Of a stretch of DNA of 64,000 bases, positions 42,527 through 51,694 are shown in pieces (the stretch's first letter is position 1; every line of letters begins with the position of its first letter). The notes below the pieces were generated by a model. That model saw only the letters and a list, made by a program, of their open reading frames with translations, was not told the DNA's origin and made no database searches. Source of the DNA: an uncultured archaeon (GTDB taxonomy: Archaea; Iainarchaeota; Iainarchaeia; Iainarchaeales; GCA-2688035); assembly GCA_964640195.1 (NCBI GenBank), contig CAZXIC010000004.1, positions 22,435-86,434 on the forward strand, given 5' to 3'. Made by a program: the position numbers and the translations under genes.

Positions 42527-43315
42527 TTGTTTAAAAAATTGCTTTTATTTCTTTGCCTTTTGTGCCTTTTTTCGCAGGCTTATGCTGCGATTTTTCTAGT
42601 TGAGCCTGTTGACACAAAACTGCAAAGCGGGCAGTCAGTCGCATTAGGCAGCATTGCAAAAGGCGAAACCCTGAGGCTTATTACAAGGAAAAAGAGCGAA
42701 CTGCCAGCGCAGTGGGACAGCATATCTGTAAACAGGGAAATGCTGCCAGAGGGCTGGGGCTTTGAGGAAATTGAAACCGACAAAACAATGATTGCACTGC
42801 TGAGCACACCCTCCAATGCCTTGGTAAGCACCCAGAGAATTCAATTCACCCTTTCAAGCAAAAGCCAGCCCGCTTTTGCAGAGACCTTCTACGCAGACCT
42901 CTCAGTGAGGGACAACCTGCTGACAGTAACGATTGAGAACCTCAATCAAGGGGTGGTTGTCGGCGAAACAGCGCAGTTCAAGCTGATTGCAAGCAACGAC
43001 TCCATTGCGGAGCATAACATTGCCATTGCAAGCGATTTGCCATCCTACTGGTTTGAACCAATGAGTGTGCGGGCAGAGCCGCACAGCACGCTGGCAGTCG
43101 ACTTAAACGTAAACGCGCTTGTATACGGCGAGAGGTCCTTTCGCTTTACTGTTTCCTCGCTGCATAATGATAGCGCTTTTAATTTTCCAGCGCTTCTCAG
43201 CGTCTCGCCTACGCTAAGGGGGAAGTACGTTTCTGCACTGTTTGGCTTTCCCTTCTTTTCGCCGGGACTGCTGCCGTACTATTTGCTTAACGGCTTTCTT
43301 TCCTTGCTCTCTTAA
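42527..43315 (+). CDS. Secreted protein with two Ig-like domains
   Basis: Signal peptide, beta-rich repeats, hydrophobic C-terminus. Confidence 0.7.
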   Translation: MFKKLLLFLCLLCLFSQAYAAIFLVEPVDTKLQSGQSVALGSIAKGETLRLITRKKSELPAQWDSISVNREMLPEGWGFEEIETDKTMIALLSTPSNALVSTQRIQFTLSSKSQPAFAETFYADLSVRDNLLTVTIENLNQGVVVGETAQFKLIASNDSIAEHNIAIASDLPSYWFEPMSVRAEPHSTLAVDLNVNALVYGERSFRFTVSSLHNDSAFNFPALLSVSPTLRGKYVSALFGFPFFSPGLLPYYLLNGFLSLLS

Positions 43316-43342
43316 ATTAGTTGAAAGGCAGGTGCTTTTGGC

Positions 43343-44926
43343 TTGGATAAACTGCGCGTCTATTCCCTGGATCTGGTCCAATTAATCGAGTCAGGCAAAA
43401 TAAGCACAAGAAGGCAGTTGAACGAGAAGAAGATTGAACTTTGCAAAAAGCACGGCATCGCGTCAATGCCAGGCAATCCCGCAATTCTTTCCTTCGCAAG
43501 GCGCAGAACTGCCAAATTGCTCAAACTGCTTTCAGTAAAGCCGACCAGGAGCCTGAGCGGCATAACGGTTGTTGCGCTGATGACAAAGCCCCACAAATGC
43601 CCCGGCACGTGCATTTACTGCCCAAGCAGCTTGCTGCCCGGCAGGGCAACGCCGAAGAGCTACACAGGCAAAGAGCCTGCAACAATGAGAGCCTTGAGCG
43701 CAGGCTTCTCGCCGGAAAAGCAAATTGCAAACAGGCTGCAGCAACTGGATGAAGCTGGGCACAGCACAGACAAAATCGAGTTGATTGTAATGGGCGGCAC
43801 ATTCCTGAGTCAGCCGCTGCGGTTCCAGCGCGACTTTATGCTCAGGGTTCTCAATGCAGTCAACTGCAAAAAATCACGCAGTCTTGCCGCAGCCATGGAA
43901 GCAGCTGAAAGTGCCAAGAGGAGAATAACAGGAATCACTTTTGAAACAAGGCCGGATTTCTGCTCTGAGCGGGAAATCAACAACATGCTTTCATTCAGCG
44001 GCACGAGATGCGAGCTTGGCGTCCAAACGGTTTTCGATTCCGTTTACAGGAAGGTTAATCGGGGCCACAGTGTTGCGGATGTTGTGCAAGCAACACAGCT
44101 TCTGAAGGACAGTGCCTTTAAGGTAACCTACCACTACATGCCAGGCTTGCCGAGTGTCAGCATACAGCAGGACAAGAAGGCTCTGAGGAAACTTTTTTCC
44201 GAGCAGCATTTCAAGCCAGACTCGCTAAAGATTTATCCCTGCCTGGTTATTGAGGGCACTGAGCTGTTCAAGCAATGGCGGCGAGGTCTTTTTGAACCAA
44301 TTTCAACCGAAAAAGCGGTTAAACTGCTTTCTAGTGTCAAGCGCTTTGTGCCCAGGTGGGTTAGGATAATGAGGGTCCAAAGGGATATCCCAGCACAGTT
44401 GATAGCAGCCGGCGTCAGGAAGAGCAATCTGAGGCAGGCAGTTCAGCAGGAAATGGAAGCGCATGACTGGAAATGCAGGTGCATCAGGTGCAGGGAAGCA
44501 GGGCTGCTGTTATTCAAAGAAAGCACAGGCGCTGAATTGCCCAAAGCACAAATTTTCGTAGAGAGCTACAACGCAAGCAATGGCAGGGAATTCTTCATTT
44601 CATCCGAGGACAGTGCAAGGCAATTGCTTTTCGGCTTCCTAAGGTTAAGGCTTCCGTTCAAGCCTTTTAGGAAGGAAATCGACAAAAACACAGCCCTGGT
44701 GAGAGAGCTGCGGGTTTTCGGCAAACCAATGCCGCTGCACCAGAGAAGCAGCGGCGCAATACAGCACAAAGGTTTGGGCAAGGCCCTCCTCTCTGAGGCA
44801 GAGCAGATTTCCCGTAACGAGTTTGATGCAAGGAAGATGCTTGTAATATCCGGTGCCGGGGTGAAGCCCTACTATAGGTCCCTAGGCTTCAGGGATGACG
44901 GCTTATTCGTTTCAAAAAGGCTTTAA
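43343..44926 (+). CDS. elp3: Elp3 tRNA U34 acetyltransferase (radical SAM + KAT)
   Basis: CPGTCIYCP, PKSYTGKEP, ETRPD, LKIYP, QHKGLGK, VISGAGVKPYY. Confidence 0.97.
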   Translation: MDKLRVYSLDLVQLIESGKISTRRQLNEKKIELCKKHGIASMPGNPAILSFARRRTAKLLKLLSVKPTRSLSGITVVALMTKPHKCPGTCIYCPSSLLPGRATPKSYTGKEPATMRALSAGFSPEKQIANRLQQLDEAGHSTDKIELIVMGGTFLSQPLRFQRDFMLRVLNAVNCKKSRSLAAAMEAAESAKRRITGITFETRPDFCSEREINNMLSFSGTRCELGVQTVFDSVYRKVNRGHSVADVVQATQLLKDSAFKVTYHYMPGLPSVSIQQDKKALRKLFSEQHFKPDSLKIYPCLVIEGTELFKQWRRGLFEPISTEKAVKLLSSVKRFVPRWVRIMRVQRDIPAQLIAAGVRKSNLRQAVQQEMEAHDWKCRCIRCREAGLLLFKESTGAELPKAQIFVESYNASNGREFFISSEDSARQLLFGFLRLRLPFKPFRKEIDKNTALVRELRVFGKPMPLHQRSSGAIQHKGLGKALLSEAEQISRNEFDARKMLVISGAGVKPYYRSLGFRDDGLFVSKRL

Positions 44927-44951
44927 ATAAGAAAAGGGTGTTTATTTTTGG

Positions 44952-45257
44952 ATGGGCATTGCAGACGAGTGGGTTTTATTCCTGGAGGAACACCCGCAGT
45001 TTTTTGAGTTAAGCAAAGGCGGCTTCTTCATTCCACTGCTCAAAGCGCTTGCATCTGAAGCCCAATCATTCAGCACGCTTCTTAGGAGGTTCCCAAGGGT
45101 TGAAAGACGGGACATGAGGCTGATTCTTGAGGCGCTGGTTAAATTGAAAGCGGTTGAAAGGATTAGGGTCAAGGACTGCATACTATATTCAGCAACGGCA
45201 GACGGCAGGGAGTTGCTGAGGATGTACAAAAAAACAAAGCCGTTTTTCGAGGTTTAG
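44952..45257 (+). CDS. Probable winged-helix protein
   Basis: LEALVKLKAVER...YSATADGRELL wHTH-like end. Confidence 0.65.
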   Translation: MGIADEWVLFLEEHPQFFELSKGGFFIPLLKALASEAQSFSTLLRRFPRVERRDMRLILEALVKLKAVERIRVKDCILYSATADGRELLRMYKKTKPFFEV

Positions 45258-45317
45258 GCTATCTTTTAAAAATATTAGCCCTCCCTTATATAGTAATATA
45301 CTAATTGGGGGCTGTTT

Positions 45318-45668
45318 ATGGCTAGAGCACTGATTGCTGTCCTCGGTGTTGGAAGGGGCACGTGGGGGCACATTGCAAGGCTGATTGCGGAAGAGGAATG
45401 GGACCAGATAATAATAGTTGGGAACGAGTGGGGCAGGGACAACTTTGCGCCAGGCAAGGAGGTTGACTGGGTTATCGTAAACAACAGGGCCGGATTCACC
45501 ATTTTGAAGGACGCAATCAAGCAAAAGCTGCCCGCTGTTGACGAAACCTGCGTTTCTCTGATAAGCGGCAGCGGCAAGGAGCACATGGCTCTGATCGCCG
45601 CCCTGAGGGAAGCAGGCAAGGGCTTCAAAATTGTTGTCTTAACTGGCGAGGGAGTAAAATACTACTAA
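45318..45668 (+). CDS. Small Rossmann-like hypothetical protein (CARF-like, tentative)
   Basis: LIAVLGVGRGT and VSLISGSGKEHMAL segments. Confidence 0.65.
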   Translation: MARALIAVLGVGRGTWGHIARLIAEEEWDQIIIVGNEWGRDNFAPGKEVDWVIVNNRAGFTILKDAIKQKLPAVDETCVSLISGSGKEHMALIAALREAGKGFKIVVLTGEGVKYY

Positions 45669-45679
45669 CCGGTTTTTCC

Positions 45680-46039
45680 ATGCCCTGGTTCTTTCTAGCT
45701 CTGCTAATTGCCGCCCTTTTTGTTGCCCTAATCCTTTTAATTAGAAAAATTCTACAACTGCGCAGGGAAGTGGAAGAACTTCGCTTCGGCAAGGCAAGCC
45801 AGGCAGTCAGATACGGCAGGCTCACAGAGCAGTTCATTCCGTTTGCAGGGCAGTTCCCCCACAATCCAGAGAACTTCCGCTTTATCGGCAGCCCGATTGA
45901 CGGCATTGCATTCGAGGACGATGCAGTAATATTCTGCGAATTCAAGGCTGCAAGCAGCGTGTTGAACGAAAAACAGCGCAGAATCAGGCAATTAGTGCAG
46001 GAGAAAAAAGTCAAATGGTTTGAATTCAACCTGCGCTAG
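45680..46039 (+). CDS. Membrane-anchored Holliday junction resolvase-like PD-(D/E)xK endonuclease
   Basis: N-terminal TM; GRLTEQFIP, RFIGSPIDGIAF, FCEFK. Confidence 0.85.
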   Translation: MPWFFLALLIAALFVALILLIRKILQLRREVEELRFGKASQAVRYGRLTEQFIPFAGQFPHNPENFRFIGSPIDGIAFEDDAVIFCEFKAASSVLNEKQRRIRQLVQEKKVKWFEFNLR

Positions 46040-46100
46040 CCGCAAACCCGGCTTGTGTTAATCGGATTGCTCCGCAATCCAATGTACTCGCTACGCTCGC
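46038..46100. repeat. Dispersed intergenic hairpin element, copy 2
   Basis: See 41182-41246; hairpin apex differs (GC-TCC-GC). Confidence 0.88.
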
Positions 46101-46108
46101 CTTGCCTG

Positions 46109-47161
46109 CTACCCTATCCTGTACCTGAGCAGTGCAGCGATTCCCCCAAGCGAAACAAGCTTTTTCCCTGCCTCGTGTTCTGAATTGACCAAATGCACTT
46201 CTCCATGCATCTGCTCCGCTTTCTGCATCAATTGTTCCACCTCAGCCCTGTTATGCAGTAGCGTTTCGTCTGCCACCAGCAGCTGCTGCACTGCGCCGAA
46301 CTCAACTGCTTTGCGCACCTGTTGCAGCCCGTACTCAACCAAACCGCTATTTTTCCCAAGCTCTGCAAGAATCGCTTCAATCATCTGCGTTTCCCGTACC
46401 AGCTGCATCTCCCGCATCATCTTATCCAAGGCGTTTCCCTTCAACAACTCCTGCAGCCCTGTTTTGCCAACGCTGTTTGTTGCGGCAAAGAAGAACTGTG
46501 TCTTCCCAGGCTTTCCCTTTTCCTCTAAAAATCTCCCAAAATCGCTTTTTGTAAACCCTGGTCCTGCAACGACAACCCGTTCAGCATCTGCCTCGCGTAT
46601 TTTTTCAAGCACAGCTGCAAAATACTTTTTCTTTACTGATTCGTCTTCTGTGCCGAACCTTTTGCCGGATTTGCCGCTTCCAACCCTGCCCTTTTCCTGC
46701 AGCTCGAATTCGCGAAGTAGTGCAAAGTCTGCCTGCTCGTCGTCAAGCACAACCAGCAGCACTCTTCCTTTGAGGGTCGCTGCAGAAGCTTTTCTCAGCC
46801 TTTCAACCTGGAAGCGGAGCAGGTTCCTTTTCTGTACCTTTATTGGCTGCCCCAGTTCAACGTCCAGAGATTGCTGCGCGCCTTTTTCCAGCAGCTCTGC
46901 CGGCTTTCCTTCAACGATTTTGCCTGAAATCCTCAGTTTTCCGCTGAACCTGTGGAATTCCACAGCATCTGTTTCAAGTGAGACAAACAGCTTGACCCTG
47001 TGGGGCTTCTCCCCCTCAGCCCTAGGCTTTATCTTCCTGTCAGTGCTACCGCTAACCAAGTCGCCCTTTTCAATCACCCTTTCCAGGTGCCACAGGTCAT
47101 CGCTTATCTCTGGAACAAGGCGCAGGAAGTTTTTCCTTTCGTCAATGCGCAGAATCCGCAT
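46109..47161 (-). CDS. pelA: Pelota mRNA surveillance factor
   Basis: DDLWHL, VAGPGF, HEAGKKLVSLGGIAALLRY. Confidence 0.96.
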   Translation of the reverse strand: MRILRIDERKNFLRLVPEISDDLWHLERVIEKGDLVSGSTDRKIKPRAEGEKPHRVKLFVSLETDAVEFHRFSGKLRISGKIVEGKPAELLEKGAQQSLDVELGQPIKVQKRNLLRFQVERLRKASAATLKGRVLLVVLDDEQADFALLREFELQEKGRVGSGKSGKRFGTEDESVKKKYFAAVLEKIREADAERVVVAGPGFTKSDFGRFLEEKGKPGKTQFFFAATNSVGKTGLQELLKGNALDKMMREMQLVRETQMIEAILAELGKNSGLVEYGLQQVRKAVEFGAVQQLLVADETLLHNRAEVEQLMQKAEQMHGEVHLVNSEHEAGKKLVSLGGIAALLRYRIG

Positions 47162-47233
47162 AATAAGCCATTATTGCAGGAACTTTTTAAAAGAAGCATT
47201 TACCCTAGCTAATCTAGCGCAGAAGTGGTTTTC

Positions 47234-49018
47234 ATGAAAAAAGAGCAGGGCAAACACAGAATAGCGGTCATTGATCTGGAGAAATGCCAGCCGCAGGGCT
47301 GCGGCGGATATCTTTGCTGCAGGGTCTGCCCAGTGAACAGAACAGGGAAAGAGTGCATTGTGGTGGACGAAGAGCGCAAGATTCCGGTTATTTCTGAGCA
47401 GTTGTGCATCGGCTGCCAGATTTGCGCGGTAAAGTGCCCTTTTGACGCGATTTCAATCATTAACCTGGTGCAACAGCTTGCACAACCGATTCACTCCTTC
47501 GGCAAGAACTCTTTCCGGCTTTACTCCCTTCCAGCAATAAAAAAGGGGGCTGTTGTAGGCTTGCTTGGAAGAAACGGCACTGGAAAGAGCACTGCCTTGG
47601 GCATCCTTGCTGGAAAAATCGTGCCGAATTTAGGCAAACTGGGGGAAAAGCCCTCCTATGACAACGCAATCGAGTTCTTTAAGGGAAAAGAGCTGCAGGC
47701 TTTCTTTGAAAAACTGAAGGAAAAAGGCAGCAGCTTTTCCTACAAGCCCCAGAACGTTGACGTGATTCCACTACACTTCAAGGGAACCGTGCAGGCATTC
47801 CTGGAAAAATTTGACGAAAAACACCTGCTTGAAAAAGTTGCAAAACAGCTTGAAATCGACACAGCACTCAACCACAAAGTCAGCGAATTGAGCGGCGGCG
47901 AGCTGCAGAGGGTTGCAATTGCAGCGTGCATGCTGCGCAAGGCTGATGTCTACTTCTTTGACGAGCCCTCCTCTTACTTGGACGTAAGGCAAAGGCTGAG
48001 GGTTGCAGGGCTCATAAGGCAGCTAAGTGAGGCAGGCTCCGCGGTTGTCGTTGTAGAGCACGACCTGGCAGTGCTTGACTACCTGAGCGATTACATCAAT
48101 GTCCTGTACGGGAAGCCGGCAGTGTACGGGATTGTTTCCGGCTCCAAAAGTGTTTTGAACGGCATAAACGAGTTTTTGCTCGGGTTCCTGCCCAAGGAGA
48201 ACGTGCGCTTCAGGGAGAAAGAGCTGCATTTCAGCTCAAGGCCTGCGCCGAAAACAATGAAGAGGAGCCCTTTGCTGCAGTTCCCTGTAATGGAAAAACG
48301 CTTCTCCTCCTTTTCCCTCAGGACAGCTGCCGGCGATTTGAGGCAGGGCGAAGTCATCGGCGTCCTTGGGCCAAATGCAATCGGCAAAACGACTTTTGTA
48401 AAAATGCTTGCTGGCCTGCTTAAGCCAGACAACACCAAGCTGGATTTCAATTTGAGGGTTGCCTACAAGCCGCAGTACATCAAGCCAAAGAAACGCGCTG
48501 CAGTGCAAAAGCTTTTCAGCAGCGGCATTGACACGCAGCTGTTCGAAACAGAGATTGACAGGAAGCTGCATGTAAAGGGTTTTTTTGACAGGCAGCTGAC
48601 AGAGCTGAGCGGCGGCGAGCTGCAGAAAGTAAGCATTGCAAGAACCCTTGCAATTGAAAGCGACCTTGTGCTGCTGGACGAGCCCAGCGCCTTCATTGAT
48701 GTGGAAGACAGGCTGAGGGTAGCTGACGTGATTCGCTCGGTCATTGACCTAAAGGGCAAGACTGCATTGCTTGTTGACCACGACATCCTTTTCCAGGACT
48801 ATGCGAGCGACAGGCTAATCGTTTTTTCCGGCATTCCTGCAAAGGCAGGAATTAGCAGCGAGCCCATGCCAATGCGCGATGGGATGAACAGGTTCCTGCA
48901 TGAAATGCAGGTTACCTTCAGGCGCGATGGCAGCACCGGCAGGCCGCGCGTTAACAAGCAGGACAGCAGGCTTGACAGGGAACAAAAGCAGAGAAACGAA
49001 TACTACTACACTGGCTGA
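47234..49018 (+). CDS. abce1: ABCE1/RLI ribosome recycling ATPase
   Basis: N-terminal Fe-S Cys motifs (CIGCQICAVKCPF), two ABC domains, TFRRD..TGRPRVNK. Confidence 0.97.
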   Translation: MKKEQGKHRIAVIDLEKCQPQGCGGYLCCRVCPVNRTGKECIVVDEERKIPVISEQLCIGCQICAVKCPFDAISIINLVQQLAQPIHSFGKNSFRLYSLPAIKKGAVVGLLGRNGTGKSTALGILAGKIVPNLGKLGEKPSYDNAIEFFKGKELQAFFEKLKEKGSSFSYKPQNVDVIPLHFKGTVQAFLEKFDEKHLLEKVAKQLEIDTALNHKVSELSGGELQRVAIAACMLRKADVYFFDEPSSYLDVRQRLRVAGLIRQLSEAGSAVVVVEHDLAVLDYLSDYINVLYGKPAVYGIVSGSKSVLNGINEFLLGFLPKENVRFREKELHFSSRPAPKTMKRSPLLQFPVMEKRFSSFSLRTAAGDLRQGEVIGVLGPNAIGKTTFVKMLAGLLKPDNTKLDFNLRVAYKPQYIKPKKRAAVQKLFSSGIDTQLFETEIDRKLHVKGFFDRQLTELSGGELQKVSIARTLAIESDLVLLDEPSAFIDVEDRLRVADVIRSVIDLKGKTALLVDHDILFQDYASDRLIVFSGIPAKAGISSEPMPMRDGMNRFLHEMQVTFRRDGSTGRPRVNKQDSRLDREQKQRNEYYYTG

Positions 49019-49023
49019 TTTCA

Positions 49024-49860
49024 ATGCACTGCGTTGAATCTCTTTTTAGAGACAAGCAAAAATTAAGGCAGTTTCTTGAAAAAATTCCAAGCAAGCCCTG
49101 TTTTGATTCCCTCAAAAAAGCATTTTTTGAGTCAATCGAGCAAAACTGTAGGGGTGTTGGGAAAGCAGCAGTGCTGAGCAGCGGCGGCGTTGACAGCACG
49201 CTAATTGCAAAAGCAGTTGCATGCAGGGTGAACAAGACCGAGCTTTTCGCGGTTGGGTTTAAAGGCAGCCCGGCACTGGCTGCTGCGGATAAGGCAGCAG
49301 ATTTCCTGCGGCTTCAGCTGCACAAAACAGAACTCAGGGAGAAGGAATTCAGAAGAGCAATCCCCGCTGTTTCACGGGTCATTGGCTCAAAGGACTTCCT
49401 GCAACTGCAGATTGCGCTGCCCCTGTATTTTGCAATGCAGGCAGCCAGCGAAAGCAAATTCAGGCACGTTTTCTGCGGTCAAGGGGCAGACGAGCTGTTT
49501 TTCGGTTACAATGAATTTAGGCAGCTGCTTAGCAAACACGATTACTACGCAGCAGAGGAGCTGCGCACGCAGCTGGTTGAAGGAATGTGGCAGAACAACC
49601 TTTCAAGAGATGGTGCGATTGCTTCCCACTTTGCCCTAACCCTTCACACACCCTATCTCTCCCCTGCGTTCGTTAGGGAAGCACTTGCATTTCCTGCGAA
49701 AGAAAGCCTGCATGGACAGCATGACCTATTGCGCAAACGCGTTCTGCGCCTGCTTGCATCAGAACTCGGATTGCCCAAGGAAATTGCGGAAAAGAGAAAG
49801 AAGGCAGTGCAGTACGACAGCGGTGTGAGCAAGCGGTTGAAGGAGATTCTGCAGAATTAG
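49024..49860 (+). CDS. Asparagine synthase C-terminal (PP-loop) domain protein lacking the glutaminase domain
   Basis: SGGVDS, GQGADELFFGY, KRVLR...KKAVQY. Confidence 0.85.
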   Translation: MHCVESLFRDKQKLRQFLEKIPSKPCFDSLKKAFFESIEQNCRGVGKAAVLSSGGVDSTLIAKAVACRVNKTELFAVGFKGSPALAAADKAADFLRLQLHKTELREKEFRRAIPAVSRVIGSKDFLQLQIALPLYFAMQAASESKFRHVFCGQGADELFFGYNEFRQLLSKHDYYAAEELRTQLVEGMWQNNLSRDGAIASHFALTLHTPYLSPAFVREALAFPAKESLHGQHDLLRKRVLRLLASELGLPKEIAEKRKKAVQYDSGVSKRLKEILQN

Positions 49861-50402
49861 CAGTTATCCTGCTCCACTTCATTAATCAGGGATTGTTTGT
49901 CTTGGACAACCACATAACACCTTGGTGTCGAATCAGGGCAAACACCAGAGCCATCAACGGTTACTTTCTTGTTGAATGTTACGTTCTTTGAATAGGAAGC
50001 GCTAAACCCTCCCCCCAGGCTCTTTTCGCACGTAATTGAAACAGTCACTGTAATGTTGTCAGCACTGCCATTTGCAATGGGGGTTGTTGGCGAGTAAAGG
50101 CAATCCTTCCCGAAAGAGTCGCTTCTCACGTTTGAGAAATAACCCGCCAAGTTATTGTTCGCCTGAGTGCTGTTGTACTCGCATACACTGCCAACAAGCG
50201 ACGCGTCAGCCACGGCATCGGCAGTGCTTTTGTCAAGGAGGTACCTGAAATTCTGCCATTCCCTTTTCACCTCAGCTGTTGCCCTTGCATAGCCTTCTCT
50301 TCCTTCTGCCCTTATGGCGGAGCTTGAAGTAGCTGCCGCTGCCGCAATCATCACCATCGCAATCAGTGTAATCACCACAGCATAGCTTCCACTGCTATTC
50401 AT
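49857..50402 (-). CDS. Minor pilin-like protein
   Basis: Short leader, G then hydrophobic helix; last of four overlapping pilin-like genes. Confidence 0.65.
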   Translation of the reverse strand: MNSSGSYAVVITLIAMVMIAAAAATSSSAIRAEGREGYARATAEVKREWQNFRYLLDKSTADAVADASLVGSVCEYNSTQANNNLAGYFSNVRSDSFGKDCLYSPTTPIANGSADNITVTVSITCEKSLGGGFSASYSKNVTFNKKVTVDGSGVCPDSTPRCYVVVQDKQSLINEVEQDNC

Positions 50403-50725
50403 TTTTCACCACAGAATTTTTTTTCATTCACCACAGCCTCTGAAAAGCCATTGTTTGGGTCCAATTCATACGAGTAGTTGCATTTGACGAATTCCCCTGC
50501 ATCTTTGTCAAAGCTGCCGCTCAAGCCAAAATCGCCTGCATCCTTGCCTAGGTAAAGCCCGACAATCGCTGCATCGCGTGTTTCCGCTGCAATTGATGAA
50601 AACACCCCAGCCTTTCCAGCTCCTGTGCCGTGCCCTGCTGCAAGGGCAAACGCCAACCCTATCACCAACAGCAGTGCAAGCGCTGCATCCACGCTGAAGA
50701 TAAAGCCTTTCCTCATTCCCTCCAC
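50399..50725 (-). CDS. Class III signal peptide protein (minor pilin)
   Basis: RKG/FIFSVDAALALL. Confidence 0.8.
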   Translation of the reverse strand: MEGMRKGFIFSVDAALALLLVIGLAFALAAGHGTGAGKAGVFSSIAAETRDAAIVGLYLGKDAGDFGLSGSFDKDAGEFVKCNYSYELDPNNGFSEAVVNEKKFCGEK

Positions 50726-51195
50726 GCCCTTAAAGTTATTTCCACAGGGTTTGGTCCCGAGTCAAAATCGCCTGAATCAAATTCCGCCTTGCTTATCCCG
50801 CCGCTGTTGACTACAACAATCCTCTTTACCTCATAGAAGTCTTTGCTGTCAGGCGTCCCGTCAGACCAACTGATTGTAGCGCCGCTTAGGCTAAAGCCGT
50901 ATGTTTCGGGAATTCCGAGCAGGATTCTCGCTTTTCTTGCACTAAAAAACTTGCTTGAGTCGATGCAGTTAACCAAATGCTCATTTGTTTCAGCAACCAA
51001 GCAGGTTGTTTCGTTGCTTGCAATCAGCAAATTTGCAGCATTTTCTGCCACTCGCCGCAGGTCATTGAACAGCCCCTCCTCTTTCTGGCTGTATGCCTGC
51101 ACTTCAACCGCCTGAACCAGCAGCCCGATTGCAGCTGTTGCAGCAACAAGCGAAATGAGGAAGTCAAGTGAAAAAATCTGCCCCCTTTCCATCAA
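50713..51195 (-). CDS. Class III signal peptide protein (minor pilin)
   Basis: ERG/QIFSLDFLISL. Confidence 0.8.
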   Translation of the reverse strand: MMERGQIFSLDFLISLVAATAAIGLLVQAVEVQAYSQKEEGLFNDLRRVAENAANLLIASNETTCLVAETNEHLVNCIDSSKFFSARKARILLGIPETYGFSLSGATISWSDGTPDSKDFYEVKRIVVVNSGGISKAEFDSGDFDSGPNPVEITLRAWRE

Positions 51196-51197
51196 AT

Positions 51198-51653
51198 TCA
51201 GCCCTCTGAAATAATCCTTATGGTTCCCCCGCAGGTGCCTTTGCTGCTGCTTGTTAGCTCAGGGATTAACTGCATTCCCCCCGGTTCTGCGAACGGCACC
51301 AGTGCCTGGATTGTCTCGCTTGCCCCAGTCTTAACGTCAAACAGCTCGTAACTCAACTTTAAGCTGCTGCCCTCAATCTCTATGTCACAGCCCTGCAGCT
51401 TGGTTTCACCAAGCACAGCGATTTTTGGAATCGTATAAGAAATATTTGCATACCCTGCCCCTGCGTCATCCAAAGCAGCGGAGCTTGAGAGCACAGCAGC
51501 AAGGTTCAGGCCAATTGAGTGCAGTTGCTGCCGGATGCTTGCACTGCTTTGCATTGCAGTTACCTGGCCGCTTACCACATTCAAAGAGCCGATGAAAATA
51601 AGTGCTGCAACCACTGCAAGCATGAAGTCAAAGGAAATCTGCCCTTTAGCCAT
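51198..51653 (-). CDS. Class III signal peptide protein (minor pilin)
   Basis: KG/QISFDFMLAV. Confidence 0.8.
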   Translation of the reverse strand: MAKGQISFDFMLAVVAALIFIGSLNVVSGQVTAMQSSASIRQQLHSIGLNLAAVLSSSAALDDAGAGYANISYTIPKIAVLGETKLQGCDIEIEGSSLKLSYELFDVKTGASETIQALVPFAEPGGMQLIPELTSSSKGTCGGTIRIISEG

Positions 51654-51694
51654 TCAATTAACTATAATGCGCTTGCCGTATTTAAAAATTAGCT

